Positions 1-13,307 of a stretch of 64,000 nt of DNA are shown piece after piece. Position 1 is the first letter of the stretch, and every line of letters starts with the position of its first letter. The notes below the pieces were generated by a model. It saw nothing but the letters and a program-made list of their open reading frames with translations, had not been told where the DNA came from and ran no database searches. Made by a program: the position numbers and the translations under genes. The DNA is from Pelomyxa schiedti (taxonomy: Eukaryota > Protista > Evosea): assembly GCA_020536535.1 (NCBI GenBank), contig JAHLWZ010000277.1:80565-144564 (forward strand), given 5' to 3'.

Positions 1-956
1 AAGGAGAAGTTCTCAATCCACCACTTCAGGAGCATTGGGCAGCTACCCCGCGCACAGTGATCAGCAATACAACAAAAATCAGCCAAAGGCTTTGCCAGGC
101 CAAACTCCATCACCATCCACTGTGTGACTGGCACATTCCCAAACAAAATAGCTGCCTGCACCATTTGCCATAGCTCCCAAGGCTGTTTCATGCCCAGCCA
201 CTCAAGAACCCACTTTACAGACTCAACTGGTGTGCCACTGAATCGGAACAGTTTCGAGCGGTACCAGTTGCTACCCTTTAAGTCCTCCCTAATGTCTATG
301 TCCTCTGGTGAGCCTGGTGCCGCCGGCCACCTCACTCCACACTGGTTCCATGTTGAATCAGTGCCATTCACAAGTCCAACGGCCAAGTCCACATGGCCCC
401 CACACAGCAGCCCAGTAAGAATGCTCACACAGACTTTCTTGTTCCTTTATTTTGTATTGTAGCAATAAGTCCATATGAGGGTTTTGTTTTTCAAATTTTT
501 CCTGGTTTTTTTTCCACAATTTATAAAGGCTTCAGCATGTTTATTTGAAAAATGCTTTTGTATGCTATATTTAGTTCGATTGTCAGAGACACACCTCGCG
601 GGCTGGGGGCTCCCATAATCAGCGTACTGGCGAGACGATATCCACCGAATGCACGAGGGCGCGCGGGCCCACGCGGCACACTGGAGCCTGAAGTGGCGCG
701 ACTCCCGTGGGAGCAGCTCCGCCGCGAGGGAGCACGCGCGCGGCACCAGCGGGAACAGCCCCCCGGCCACGCGGTACAGAGCCACCGCCGCCGCCTCGTC
801 CGCCGCCTCCTCCGCCTCCCTGGTGCCCGCCGTGGGCGCCGCGGCGCCCAGAAGCCACCCCGGCGCCACCACCCACTCCCACACAGCACGGGACACGGCC
901 AGCACCCGCCAAACTGGGTCCTCGTCGCCGCGGTTATGGGACGGGGCTGCGCCCAT
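1..956 (-). CDS. Hypothetical protein with degenerate ankyrin-like helical repeats (3' end runs off the window)
   Basis: ATG at 956 (MGAAPSHNRG...WEWVVAPGW). An intron at ~594-445 joins an open frame running to base 1 (LCGGHVDLA...VKWVLE...FGNVPVTQWM...LLKWWIENF). The G-H/N-x-x-x-x-x-W pattern resembles degenerate ankyrin repeats. Confidence 0.65.
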
Positions 957-1135
957 TGCGGAGCTGCCCGGCGCAGAGATGCGATGCTGGGTTTTCTTTT
1001 TGTTCAACGACGAGGAATTCTGGTTCCTTGTAGAAGAGACGTCTCTTCGAGGAAAAGAGATCCGAAAAATCTGTGTGATTGTAGTTGTTCCAATCAAGTG
1101 CCGGGAAAAATATAAAAAAACAACAACAGCACAGG

Positions 1136-2731
1136 ATGCTGTCCCCGGCAGTAGATCGCGGTGTCGGTTCCGGCGTTGGTGTCGTAGTTCAGCACCGCAC
1201 GAAGCAATATACCGCTCCTACTCGCCATCGTGAGGTGATTATCCCTTGTTTTTTTTTTCTGGTTGTAATTTTTTTATTTCCCCCTCGTCGCAGCCTTCCA
1301 GCCCTGACACTGACCTGGCAGGGTAAAAGACTTTGTTTTTTTGTTCGGTTAAATTATATTTTAACTTATATTCAATTTTAGGCATCGGCCGCAAAAAAAA
1401 GGGTCTTGGACCCCCGAGGTTTATTTTCTAACATCACGTACCACTCACATTTACAAAAAAAAAGGAGGATGCCATGCTACTTGTGCTTGTGAATGGGAAT
1501 GGCCCAACACCGGATTGGTCTAATATAGCCTCCAAGATTGAAGGTAGAATAGGAAAGCAGTGCCGAGAAAGGTAACCACTTTCCATACGAAATAGAATTG
1601 GCTAATCACCACAGATATTATAATCATCTGGCACCAGAAGTGCGCAAGGATGCGTGGACCACAAAAGAGGATGAACTTATCATTCAAGCTCACAGTAGCT
1701 TGGGAAACAAATGGGTAGAGATTGCAAAGATGTTGCACGGACGCCCTGCTAATGCCATCAAAAATCGCTGGAATTCAACTCTTAAGGTTGTTGTTTTCTT
1801 CAAGCCTTTCTGGCTAAGTCTGTGCAGAGGAGAGTCGGTGCCTTGGGATCTCCTGCAGTACCTGCAGTGACCCCCTCTGTATCATCGATTTCAAGTCCTT
1901 CCTCTGTGCTCACTCCATTGAGAACTGGCGTTTGCAATCAAACTACAGAGAACTTGGAGACCCCGGTCAATCAAGATGAATCAACCTGTCCTCTCAAACG
2001 TGGTGGATACAACCTTGATGTTTCCACCCCAAAGAAGCCTCGCAGTCAGTCTTTCGATCCCCCTACCCAGGTAAAGCAAGGTAAGGTAACTCCTTTTGTT
2101 AACAGTATGGCAGGTGGAACCTGTCGCTGTACCTAACCCTGCATTTGTTGATCCTCTATGTACTCCAGGAGGAACGGACTCCATCACTACCTTCCAACCT
2201 GTTTTTGTACCCCCAGTCAATCAGTTTCCATCTGTGGTTTCCACCCATCGGCACCATAGGCACCACCATCATCATCACACTGATGAAAGTGACAGCAACG
2301 TGGATGGGACTTATCCGATTCCATATCAATGTGTAAATACCAGCAACGAGGCCCTAGCTGAGCACCCTTTAAAGCAGGAACAAGTTGTTGAGGAGACCCA
2401 GGCTGAGGATGACCAATACCAGCCACCGTATCAGCAGCCACATTACCCCAGACACTTTTCCAGCCAACCATCTAACACAGAACAATTCACCTTCAGCCAA
2501 CACAATTGTCTGTCAGCTCCAGGATTTCCTGGAAATTCATGGCCTTCTGGGCTTGCACAAGGCCAAACAGAGCAGAATCCTGTCTACCCCATGCACATGC
2601 CACAGCCATTCACATACCCCAGTAACACCATCCCGTCTCCTCTACCCTTGGAACAATTCACAGTACCTGGAGGAGATAGTATTGTAACACAAGCCTATCT
2701 CAATGATTGGGCAGCTTTCTATGTATTTTAA
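1136..2731 (+). CDS. Myb-family (two-repeat, R2R3-type) transcription factor
   Basis: Spliced exons give [13 protein letters not shown]...[76 protein letters not shown], followed by a Pro/Gln/His-rich tail ending at TAA 2731. The start exon is inferred. Confidence 0.92.
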
Positions 2732-3064
2732 CCGGCATTGCTGTATATATCCCTCACCATAACTTCAGGAAACCTCAACAAGACCCAACGTGTCTCCAGA
2801 CTATTTCCTAAGTGGAGACATGTCTACAATGGGGTTCATACCATGTAAGTTCTCTTTTTTTCCCCTTTTCCTCAACACTGCTCAGGTGACATGCCCTCTT
2901 TCCCTGGGTTTTCTTGATTGTCCTGGCAAATGTCTCCTTTGTAACTTAAGGCTGTATTTTTGTTTGAATGCCATCAAACACAAAAAGGGAAAAAAAAAAC
3001 GAGTACATATTTACTTCCACCACCAAAAATACATAGTGGGTCTGTTTTGGAATTGCACAATGAC

Positions 3065-4773
3065 CTAAGGGTTGTACATATTGTCAGAGTCAACAGCATA
3101 AAGGGCACGGCCACCATCTCTTGGGCTGTAAATTGTTTAAAGAGGGCTGGTACTTAACACAGTAAAACAGAGAGTACCTTGTGTAGTAGGAGCCATCAGA
3201 TTTTTCTCTCCCTTCATTAACAAGCCACAGGTGACCACTCCCTGTAGTGCTAGCATAGGTTCCCTCGGGGTAATAAGACCAGGTGCTTGCACCAACGTCG
3301 TACTCTTTCCAACCAATGGTCAAGCTCACAAGGAACAGGGAGCCATAGTCCCTTGAACTTGCCAATCTGTAGTCATCCCGGTCTGATGTCTGTACAACTG
3401 GAGCAGCACCTTGCACATTGCGTTTGTTCATGGTGTAAGCACGCTCGGCAACAACAAGGCCACTGTCTCCAGCTATCAGTTTGCCGTTACTGTCATAAGG
3501 CCAACGATACATCCGTCCCCCCATTCCTGGGGCAGAGGCTGGGTCAGCTGTGCATGGGCTGCTACCATCGTTGCAATACTCGCCACTCAAAATAACTCCT
3601 TGTGTTTGAGTAGAGTCTTTCCCAAGCCAAGAAAACTGTCACAGCAAAAGTAAGAACGCAAGGCATTAACGAGTGAGATACACGAACCTTAGCAAAGCAT
3701 ACATCCGTGTCAGGCAACGAGCTGTTGTCAATTTTGCTCACCAAGTACTTGGTCAGCTCTGGAACAGCATACTTATACCCGTACGCACACCACACCCCTG
3801 TGGAAACCTGGCCAATCTTATCACTGCATGTGTCATCAGTGCTCATTGCTCGAATATCACTCAGGTCGAAGACTCTCATTCCATTATTTGTATCAGCAAG
3901 GTAAAGAAAGTTTTTTATCCACACAACGCCGCCAGCATGATTAACCACTGTTGCTTCTTTAAGTAAAACGAAGATTTTCGAGCATTCAAACCTGGTTCGT
4001 AGGTACCAGTACCAGTTGGGTGAACTAATAACAGATGGCGATATTGCGTTGTTACCCCTGCACTGGTCTGGCTAATATTGGCAATGGAGATTCTGACGCC
4101 CTTGTTTGAATAAGGACTCACAGGAGGGTTTGGATCGCCGCTCGGAGCATCACTGTTGTAGTACCAACTGGTAATGGCATAATAATAGTCTCCAATCTTA
4201 CCCTGTGTCATACCCTGAGGAACCCCTAAATCCAAAGTGGGATTTGATTAACCGAATCTAGAATGAATACAAGCTACATACAGTATTCCACGGATTGGTC
4301 ACCACTCTCCCAAGTGTATCCATACAAATAAGCCCCAGAAGGTGCCATTGGAGTCGCGGAAGAAGCTATTGCAGGTGCATTCCTGTTGAGGTCGCTCACC
4401 AGCGTATCCAAGCTGACTTTGCCCTTGCCGATACTCGCGCCCCATTCGGCCCAAGTGTTCCAAGTGCCCTCATCCTGTTTGTGTGTGACTAAAGTACTAG
4501 GTGTTATTACCGTATATTAATGCATATTCACAACTCTGTGCCAAAAGTTTATAATATATTGATATGTGAAAATTCTACTTTACAAGGGGGAAAAAAAAGG
4601 CTCGGCTCGGGACTTACCCTGAGGTACATGCACGATGAGTACGTCTTCATTGGTTGGTCCTCCCCTTCAGTTGGTGTGAATCTCAGCGTCTTCGTCTCCG
4701 CGTCGCTTGAACGAACGCCGCACACGACACCGACTGCCAACAGCGCCGCCGAGATCCACTTGCACCACCACAT
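3065..4773 (-). CDS. Secreted protein of an uncharacterised family that I recall mainly from Actinobacteria and fungi (probable beta-propeller)
   Basis: Signal-peptide-like start MWWCKWISAALLAVGVVCGVRS. Motifs across several short-intron exons: VPQGMT, KGVRISIAN, YRHLLLVHP, HAGGVVWIKNFLYLADTNNGMRVFDL, YGYKYAVP. Confidence 0.7.
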
Positions 4774-5082
4774 CAACAACGAGTTTGATTTTGGGAAATC
4801 TGCGGGAGGCGAACGAATCCCTCAATCTGATTCGCCAGTATCCAATCTTGGTAACAACGAAGTGTTGCGCCACGCGGACTCCAGGTTTAGGCCGAAACAT
4901 TTACATCCGTTACAAACCGAATTTTAAATTAGAACAGCACTTTTTTGCGCGGCCATTTCCTCCCTTTATAATCGGCCGCACCACCATAAAAAATTTAAAA
5001 TCGCAATTCGGCTTCTCTTTTGTCCTCGAAAAGAAGGAACCTCGCCCTGCCTCTTGAGTGACGACGAGTGCACGCGACCAAG

Positions 5083-8000
5083 ATGTGCGACAACGAAGAC
5101 ACGCCGTTGCTCTCGCAGGACGACCCTTCTAGTCTCTGGTACAATTCGCTGGGAATTGAGGTACTCACAGACCAGCCGTTAGTTGTTGGCTTAATGAAAT
5201 CGAAAGCAATTGCGCGCCTCTGTTGCGTGTGGTTTGTGTCTCGAGTGCACTCGTCTGTGTTCCACCTTTTCCTGATGTGTTTTTTTTTTCTTTTTCTTTT
5301 CTTTCCTTCCCTTTGCGAAGTGCACGAACCGCAAGAGACCCAACCGAAACAACGACGTGGAAGATGATCTCAGGGCTAATGCACTCAGCGTTTGTCCCAC
5401 AAGTCACTTCTTATGTTCTCAATCTCCTCCAGAACTCGCAGGAGGACGACGGCGATGACAACGGCAATGCGCAGCCCCGCGCACCCATAAATAAGAAACA
5501 CAGATACGGATCACCTACCCCTACGCCGACGCCGACCTCGACGCCTACACCGTCGCCAGGCACTGCTGGCAGGAAATCTCCTGTAAAACCAAAAGGGTTT
5601 TCGAGTCAGTCTCAGTCTCAATCTCAATCCCAATCCCAATCTCATTCTCATTCTCAATCTGGGTCCCCCTATCATCTGTCAGCAGTTCAGCCCGCACAGA
5701 ATCAATTCCTACAACCATCGACCCAGAATCTATCTCCATCCAAGGTTGATTCCCTTTCCTTTTTTCCCTCTACTGTTGTGTATTACATTCTTGCACTTAA
5801 TACATGAATGCACTTCAGAACGAAATCACTAACAATAGCATGTAGAAGCCTCGAGGTAGCATTGTGCAAGGCACACAAGAATGCAGCTCAAGTCCTTCTG
5901 TAGAAGAATCTCCCGCAACAGAGGCTGTTCCAACAACCCAGCCCATTGGCACCCAAGCTATTCCAACAACGCAGCCCATTGGCACACAAGCAATCACGTC
6001 AACACAGCCCGCTGGTACCCAGGCTGCACCCCAAATCGAGTCGGATGGAAACCAACGGGTATGGGGGTGGGGAGGGTGAAATACAATTTGATGATTATTC
6101 AGCGAAATCCCGAATGGGCAACTTTGGCTCGTCCTGTTCCAGGAGCGACCCAAGTGGTTGGCAAAATAACAGGTAGCAAACAGGGAGTTTGGCCCTTGAC
6201 TTAACTTTTTCTGCTTAGAAGTTCGCACCACTTTTGGTTCGGGACCTACATGTCAGGTTAGATGTGATCACCCAGCAGTGAAGCCACTTCACTTCACTTT
6301 GGAGATGCGGAATTGGGATGGAGGTGACTGGGAAACTGAAGGAAACAAGAAAAAGTTTTGCAGAGGATTTTTGATGTAAGAACAGCCTAACATTTTACTC
6401 TTCCTGGTAACACTGTATTCAGTTGTCACGAACCTGTAATAGTAGGTCCCAAGCACATGAAGCCAGGGGAATCAACGCTGTTGCTAGAGTCCGAACCAAT
6501 CTGGATTGAAAATGAAGGCATAAGCGCCTCAAATCTTGGTTGTGTTAGACATCTAACAAGACTCCAGAATTCACATTTACTAATAATAGACACATGCAAA
6601 AAAAAATTCATGGGAATGGAAGGACTATAGAAATTAACAATCGAATTGCATCGTATGTCACTTTTTGATGGATGGAAACATTTTCATATTTTCTTCCCAG
6701 TGGGGAGTTTGGGGCAGTATGGACAGGTTTTGATCACTTGTTGAAAAGGGCGGCTGCTGTGAAGGTTATATCTTACAGTTGAACTGTTCCTAAAATCTTT
6801 TAGATAGTTGATCTCGCACGACTTCAGAAAAAGGATCCCGACCTTAAAAACGATCCCAAATTTAGAGAAAATATTCAAAGGGAAGATAAAATCCTAGCCA
6901 AGTACTTGGTTTTCCCCAAAAATATCTTGTTAATTTCTCTCTAGGCTTAACCACCCCAACATTCCAAAGCTATATATGACCTACGAATCCAAGCACGGGA
7001 AACATTACTATATAGGGATGGAATTGTTGTACCCATTTTGTTCTACAACTTTACCTAACGAAAGAAGTATCCCAGGGCGCACTTTGCATAAGGTTATACA
7101 TGATAGCCCTGACAAGTGTCTCTCTGAATGTGAAATCAAAGAAATCTCCAGACAAATATTTTCTGCTCTTGAGCATGTACATAAATCTGGTTATACTCAT
7201 CGGGATATCAAAGTGAGTACTTATCCTGATTTGGATTCCCCCTCACTGTGATCGCAGCCCGAGAACATAATCCTACGAGAGCAGCCTCCGAATGCAGCTC
7301 AGGACCCAATACCTATACCTGACCACACACCTTATATAGTTGACTTTGGGCTGGCAAACAAAACCAAGGAAATGAAATCTATGTGTGGTACCCCAAATTA
7401 CACAGGTACACTTGAAATTTTCTGCCAGTTCCCAACATTCTCCAGCCCCTGAAATGCTGGAAGGAAAACCGTGCACAGCCCTAGTGGATATGTGGTCTAT
7501 GGGGGCTGTACTGTGGTATTGGTGAGTTTCCTCCTTTCGCACTCTTTTCTCCCTTTTCACAACTCCATGGAAACAGTTTCACGGCAAACGCACCTTTCAA
7601 GAACCTCTCAGAAATTAAAGTTGGCAAACTGGATTTTTCTACTCCATATTGGCAGAATGTCTCTGGACCTGGTAAACCCCACCTTAAAACAAAAAGTTAC
7701 AATTCATAGCCTTGCAGCCAAACTGCTGATAACAAAACTACTTTCCTGCAATCTGGATGAAAGACCCAATTCTTCTCTTGTTTTGCAAGACCGGTGGTTT
7801 CAAGCAGAACCTCTTCCTCACAATCTTGATTCCGTTGCAAAGGGGGACAGCAGGAGTGCCGTTCCCAAGGCAAAGATACCGGACCCTCCAACTACAACCG
7901 TCAAGTCAGTGGAGGTAACAAAGACATCGACATCTGATGTACCCATGGAAGGGGTTCCTCCTCTTAAATCTGCGTCTATAAACTCCCAACAGCCTGCTCC

Positions 8001-9684
8001 AATCATAAAAAGTTCCCAGCACCAACACCATCACCGCCAGCGCCATACCCACACTGTAGTAAACAAAACAGATGTTCTCTCAACGAAAAAGAGAGAAGAA
8101 ATACCCCCACCATCATCAAAGCCACAAACAGATGACGTACCCATGGTACAAGTACCGGAGGAAGAGGACAAGTTTGAGAAAGCCTTGCAGACTCCTACTT
8201 TCCCTGAATTCAAAGCACCCTCCTCTGGGCGTAGTGAAACGCCTGTAAACGCCACTTCCGCATCGAGCGTGCCACGCTCTGTGCCTGATACAACGCGCCC
8301 AGAAACCAAGCATTCCCTCCCACAGGAGGCCAAAGAATCAAGCTGTGGCCATCAACTTCGGTTCACAGCTCCACAGCTCACGGAGTCTACTCGCCACAAG
8401 CATAGACACAGCCCATCACCCGAACAACCCACAGAGGGGAGTGCGCCGGCACCACCAACGGCCAAACAACACCATCACCACGGCAGCACACAGCCGCACC
8501 AGAAGCAAGTTTCCTCGTCACAACCGCAAACCTCCGTTCCCCCAAATGCAAACAAGCACCACCAAGAGCAGCACAAGACCGAGCAAGAGAGGCCCGCCGT
8601 CTTCTACAGCCAACAACCAAACACAGCCGCAGCCGCATCCACAGCAACAATCACCGTCGAAAACAACTGGAACTCGAAGATGCCTCCGCCGCCCTTCCCG
8701 GCCTCACCCGCCACAACACAGCTCCAAGAAGAAGAGGTGACCACTCCCCGCAAGCTCCCGCAAGCTCCGCTCGTGCCTTCCGCGTCAACCCACACGCCAC
8801 AGGAGCCCCTGTACCACGTCAACAGGCCGGCAGCAGCCCCTTCTCCACCGCCCCTCCTGCCAGAAACCAGCGTGGGCAGCAGCGCGAAGAGCAGCAAGCC
8901 GTATTCCAAGCACGGCGGGGGCCACCACGGCCAGCACCAGGCGGCACTTACCCCACCAGCCCCGGGGTCTACTCAAAGCCAACAACAAGCCAGCCCTGTT
9001 GCCAGCGCCAGCCTGTCGGCCTGGGACGAAGCGCGAAGGAAGCAGGAGCAGCTGATAGCAAAGAGCTCGGGCAAGTGGCTCAACACGCCGAGCCACATCT
9101 CGGGCGCCAAGACCAAGAGCAAGAGCAGCAAGGCCGGGGCGCCCGGCCACAAGAAGCAGCTGCCCATCGAGCCCTCGGGGGGTCGCACCCCAAGCCCGAG
9201 CCTAAGCCTAAGCCTGAGCCCCGGCCTGAGCCTTAGCCCGAGCCCGCCGAGCCAGACGCAGACGCAGCCGCAGGCCCAGCCCCCGTCGCCGTTCCCCTGC
9301 GCGAGCCCCGGCCCCAGCCCCTTTGGCAGCAGCGCCAGCCCCGCCCCCAGTGTCACCTCTTCCCGCCGGTACCCCTCGTCCTCGTCCCCGTCCTTGCCGT
9401 CCTCCTGCTCCTCCTCCTCCTCCTCCTCGTCGCCGTCGTCGTCCAGCATCATTGTGGGGGGGACTCTGAACACTTCATCCACGTCGTCGTTGGCGAGACC
9501 TCACCGTTCCGGCAAGATTAGCGCCGTCCCCTCATCTCCATGCTTGGTGGACGTGGGCGTCAAGAAACACCAGGCCCGTATTTTGGCTCCATCATCACCA
9601 ACAAAGTCAGAGGCGTTTATCAAGGGGCGTGGGTCAGTGCTAGCATCAGAGTCTGACGTCGATGATATCCTGAACGATTCATGA
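5083..9684 (+). CDS. FHA-domain Ser/Thr kinase with SQ/TQ cluster (Chk2/Rad53-like) and a long disordered C-terminus
   Basis: SQSQSQSQ run (~5603-5660) and TQ repeats; FHA-like exons (6105-6520); kinase motifs SGEFGAVW, AVK, HRDIKPEN, DFGLA, CGTPNYTAPE, DMWSMG; ~650-aa P/S/Q/H-rich tail to TGA 9684. The 5' exon is inferred. Confidence 0.8.
5925..6030 (+). repeat. Three ~33-nt coding tandem repeats (PTTQPIGTQAI) in the kinase SQ/TQ region
   Basis: ccaacaacccagcccattggcacccaagcta / ccaacaacgcagcccattggcacacaagcaa / tcaacacagcccgctggtacccaggct. Confidence 0.8.
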
Positions 9685-9908
9685 GAGACACCTCGTCCCC
9701 TTGCTCAAAACAAAACCATCCACAAATACCCAAATACAAACCCAAACACACATGGAGTGGCCTGGTGGTTGTAATAACAAAACCCCGGTACCTCCTGTAC
9801 CTCCGTACCAGACCTGAAGGAAAAGAAATAATACCCTTTTCCCCTGCTCATCTGTCTCCCTTTTTTTTAACCTAAGTTATTACGCGAGATTAACAAAAAA
9901 TAAAAAAA

Positions 9909-11662
9909 ACGAAGGGCAGAGGGACACAGAGGCGAGGTACGTCGGCCAGCGACACAGCGGCGGCCGCGTCATCGACAAGCGACGCAGACGTGGACGCGTC
10001 GAATGCAGAAGAAAGCGCGGAAGGCAGCGAGGCACCGGTTGACAAAGTAAAAACTACCAGCAAATTGCATTTGGCTGCCGTAACGGGCGACGTAGATTCT
10101 GTGAGTTTTTTTTCCTCCCCCCTCGCACCCTTTTCTTTTTTACTCACATCATGCTTGCTGTTTTTTGTTCATTAGCTTGAAAAAATGTTACGAGGGAAGG
10201 ATGTTGTGGACTCTTGTGATGAATTCTCTCACACTCCGTTGCATTACTCTGCGATATTTGGCATCGTGGAGTCAATGAAATGCCTTGTTGCTGCTAAGGC
10301 AAATGGTTTCTTTTGCTTTTAATCTTTCCTTCCTTAACCAAACAACTAAAAAGTTAACCGCACTGCTCCTCAGGAAGTCACCCCACTCCACTTCGCTTCT
10401 CGAAATGGACACTTTCAATGTGTAGACCTGTTGATTAAAAGTGGGGCCAAAGTAAATGTCAAGGATAGTGAGAGTTGGACTCCCCTCCACTATGCCTGTT
10501 TTTGGTATTACACCTTTCTCTTATTATTTGTGTTAATGCCAAGGCCAGGGGGCACTTGAAAGTATGTAGGGTTTTACTGGAAAATCGAGCATCACTGGAC
10601 GGTACAATTCTCTTACTTGGCGTTATCAGCCAACTAACTGCAGGTGCTCCTCTTAGAGAAGACCGAACAAGGCCAGACCCCTCTTCATCTTGCGTGCAAC
10701 AAGGTAGTCCCTGGATTGGATCTCTCCACCTTCTAAGTAATCAACCAGTCAATAGGGGTATATTACAATAGCTTCTGAACTGATAACCGCGGGTGCAAGT
10801 ATTGAATGTGTAAATAGTGAGGGCGCTTCTCCTCTTGAAACTATTCCTCTAGCTGGTTTCTTTCCCCATAATCATGCACACACCTTGAAGTTAACTGCAA
10901 TACAGAAATGAGAATGCCCGCTGACAGGCCTTCTTCAACAGCTTCAATGCGGGCACTCTTGAATAATGGGCTGTACAGTGATATCACCCTTGTCTCAGCC
11001 GGAATTGAAAAACGAGGGCACAAGTGTGTTCTGGCGGCAAGGAGCCCCTACCTCCTAGCTTGGTTCAACAAAAATCCGGGTGCTACATCTTTTCAATTTC
11101 CAGATTTGAAGTACTCTCTCACTCTTGCTTCGCCATTTAACCTTACTAGGGAAAATATTTTTTCTGCGTTTGTTGAATGGATTTATACAGATGAAAATCT
11201 TGTGGCACTTCTTTCCCACTCTGACCGAAGCGAAACTAGTGCTTCCAGTGATGTTGGATCTCAAATGTTCCGCGACGTGAGTCAACTTTTGTTCACTGCA
11301 CAAACCTATGAAGTAAAAGAGCTCAAGGTATGTTATTTGAGCTTGTTGTTCTGTATTATTGATGGTCCTTTTGGTCAGGATTTATGCATCGCCTACTTGT
11401 GTCGAAATTTGAGTCAATCAAACATTGTGTGGCTATGGAATCAAGTAAAAGCTTCGTACAATGATTACCCAGAGCTAATTACCCAATCAGTTGTCTTTTT
11501 CCTCAAGTATTTTTTTTATCAACCTTTTCCTTTCTCATGTGTCTACCTAGGCACGCAGGATCCGTTGGCCTCTCTTTTATTCAGCAACTTCCCCCGTCCG
11601 TCCTGGCCTCTGTTATCCTCGACCTACCCCTCAAACCACCCCCAGAAAAGAGTGGCAACTAA
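9909..11662 (+). CDS. Ankyrin-repeat + BTB/POZ protein (Cullin-3 adaptor-like); start uncertain
   Basis: Ankyrin repeats LHLAAVTGDVDS, TPLHYSAIFG, TPLHFASRNGHFQCVDLLI, WTPLHYA and QTPLHLA, then BTB YSDITLVSAGIEKRGHKCVLAARSPY. Spliced stop TAA at 11660-11662. Confidence 0.88.
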
Positions 11663-11941
11663 TTCAACAAGCCCAGTCACTACACTGTTCATACATTCAC
11701 CCCTAGGTTTTGTTACCTACTACTACTCATCCATATTTAATGTCATCCATCCTGGACTCTTCCACCAAGATGTTGCTCAGTTCTAACTAAAGCTATATAT
11801 CCCTGTGATTCTATGTGTCAAAGACTTTGGCACACCCGACTCACAGGAAGATTTCTTTTCTAAGAAGCAGTTGCTGGGCGAAGAAAAATACTTAGATTTG
11901 TTTAAAGAAAAACAAAACAAAATAGGTAAAAGTCGTAAGAC

Positions 11942-13089
11942 ATGGTGTGTGCGTGTGGTATGTCGTATTTACCACGTCACTAATCCGCGAGTACAGTCTT
12001 CACGGTCACGCTCAAGATCTAGATCGTCCTCTGGTTCTCCTCAACGTCGCAGGTGTGTCCGTGCATTTTGATACAAATACGCCTTTACTTGTCCTGACAA
12101 CGTAATTCTTCTTCGTAAGTGGTGTACTCATTTCTCTTTTAGGTCGCCCATACGTGGCACTAGCCGCGAGCGAATGCACTCAAGGTGCCTCTTTGTGGGA
12201 AATCTTCCGTATAGCTTCAAAGAGCGAGATTTAGAGGACTTGTTTGAACGTTGTGGCGCAGTGAAGAACGTTACTGTGGGAATGAATAAGCAAACTGGGC
12301 AGAGCAAGTGTTACGCGTTTGTGGAGTTTGAAGACAGACGCGATGCTGCTGATGCCTTGGCCAAGTGTGTTGGATGTGGTTTTTCTCCTTCAATTTTTTT
12401 CACGCTGATCCTTAAAGTATTATTGTTTGTCCTCTTTGCCCTCTTCTCTCAACAGACCTGAATGTATACTATTGGAATAATTGGGATGGGATGGGGAGAT
12501 AGAAAAGATAGAAACTACTTGCTTCTAAGAAACGACATATTTTGTGCGTGTTGTGTTTGGAGGGAGAAGTGCCATGTCTTTTTTTCTTTCAGTTTTTTCC
12601 GCCTGCTAATTTTCTATTATTATCACAGGTACAATGGATATGACATAGAAGGACGGAGACTCAGAATTGACTGGGATATTGGTCTGCAAACAAAAATGCA
12701 ATACTATGGCACAAGACGGCGAACAGACAATAGACGACCAAGGTGGCAGTATTTCTTTAACAAACTTAACCAATACCTGCAGTCAAAGGTCACGGAGCCG
12801 TTCTTCCTCATCGCGTTCTCGGTCACGTTCTCGTTCACCTTCGTACTCTAGTTCAAGTTCTCGGTCACGTTCACCAAGAAGAAGCACCTCCAGGTCTCGT
12901 TCGAGGTCCCGAGGCAAGTCCGGGTCACACCACAGACATCACGCGGGCCACAAGCATCACTCTAGAAGTGACCGAAATAGGTCTGTCTCCAAGTCTCCTT
13001 CCACTTCCACTGCCACCACAAATACTACACTTCCCCCGAGTACAATTCCCCCCGAACAAGGCCCAACAATGCCCCCCGGAGGCCATTGA
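11942..13089 (+). CDS. SR-family splicing factor (RS-RRM-RS, Tra2-like layout)
   Basis: RRM LFVGNLPYSFKERDLEDLFERCG...KCYAFVEFEDRRDAADAL...YNGYDIEGRRLRIDW, flanked by RS dipeptide tracts. The first coding exon is probably ATG only (11942-11944). Confidence 0.9.
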
Positions 13090-13307
13090 TACCAGACACA
13101 CCGTAACATCGTTGTTTCATAATTTTAGTCTTTTCTAAGTAAAGTGGCACTGTTCTTCCTAGAAACAATTTCGCGAAACACCAAGTAAAACCGAAGCACT
13201 TTGGATTGATGATACACCAACGAACGAGTACGGGTTGGTCGGGGGAAGCAGTCGACAACACAGGCGACTACCAAGGCGAACAACCGGAGCGATTCGACAA
13301 CTACAAA

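Noticed and set aside
521-1233. Many overlapping long ORFs in GC-rich first exons (also near 8.6-9.5, 40.5-41.1, 57.8-58.9 and 62.3-63.2 kb)
   Set aside because: These are shadow ORFs caused by GC-rich, low-complexity coding sequence on the other frame or strand. They have no motifs of their own.
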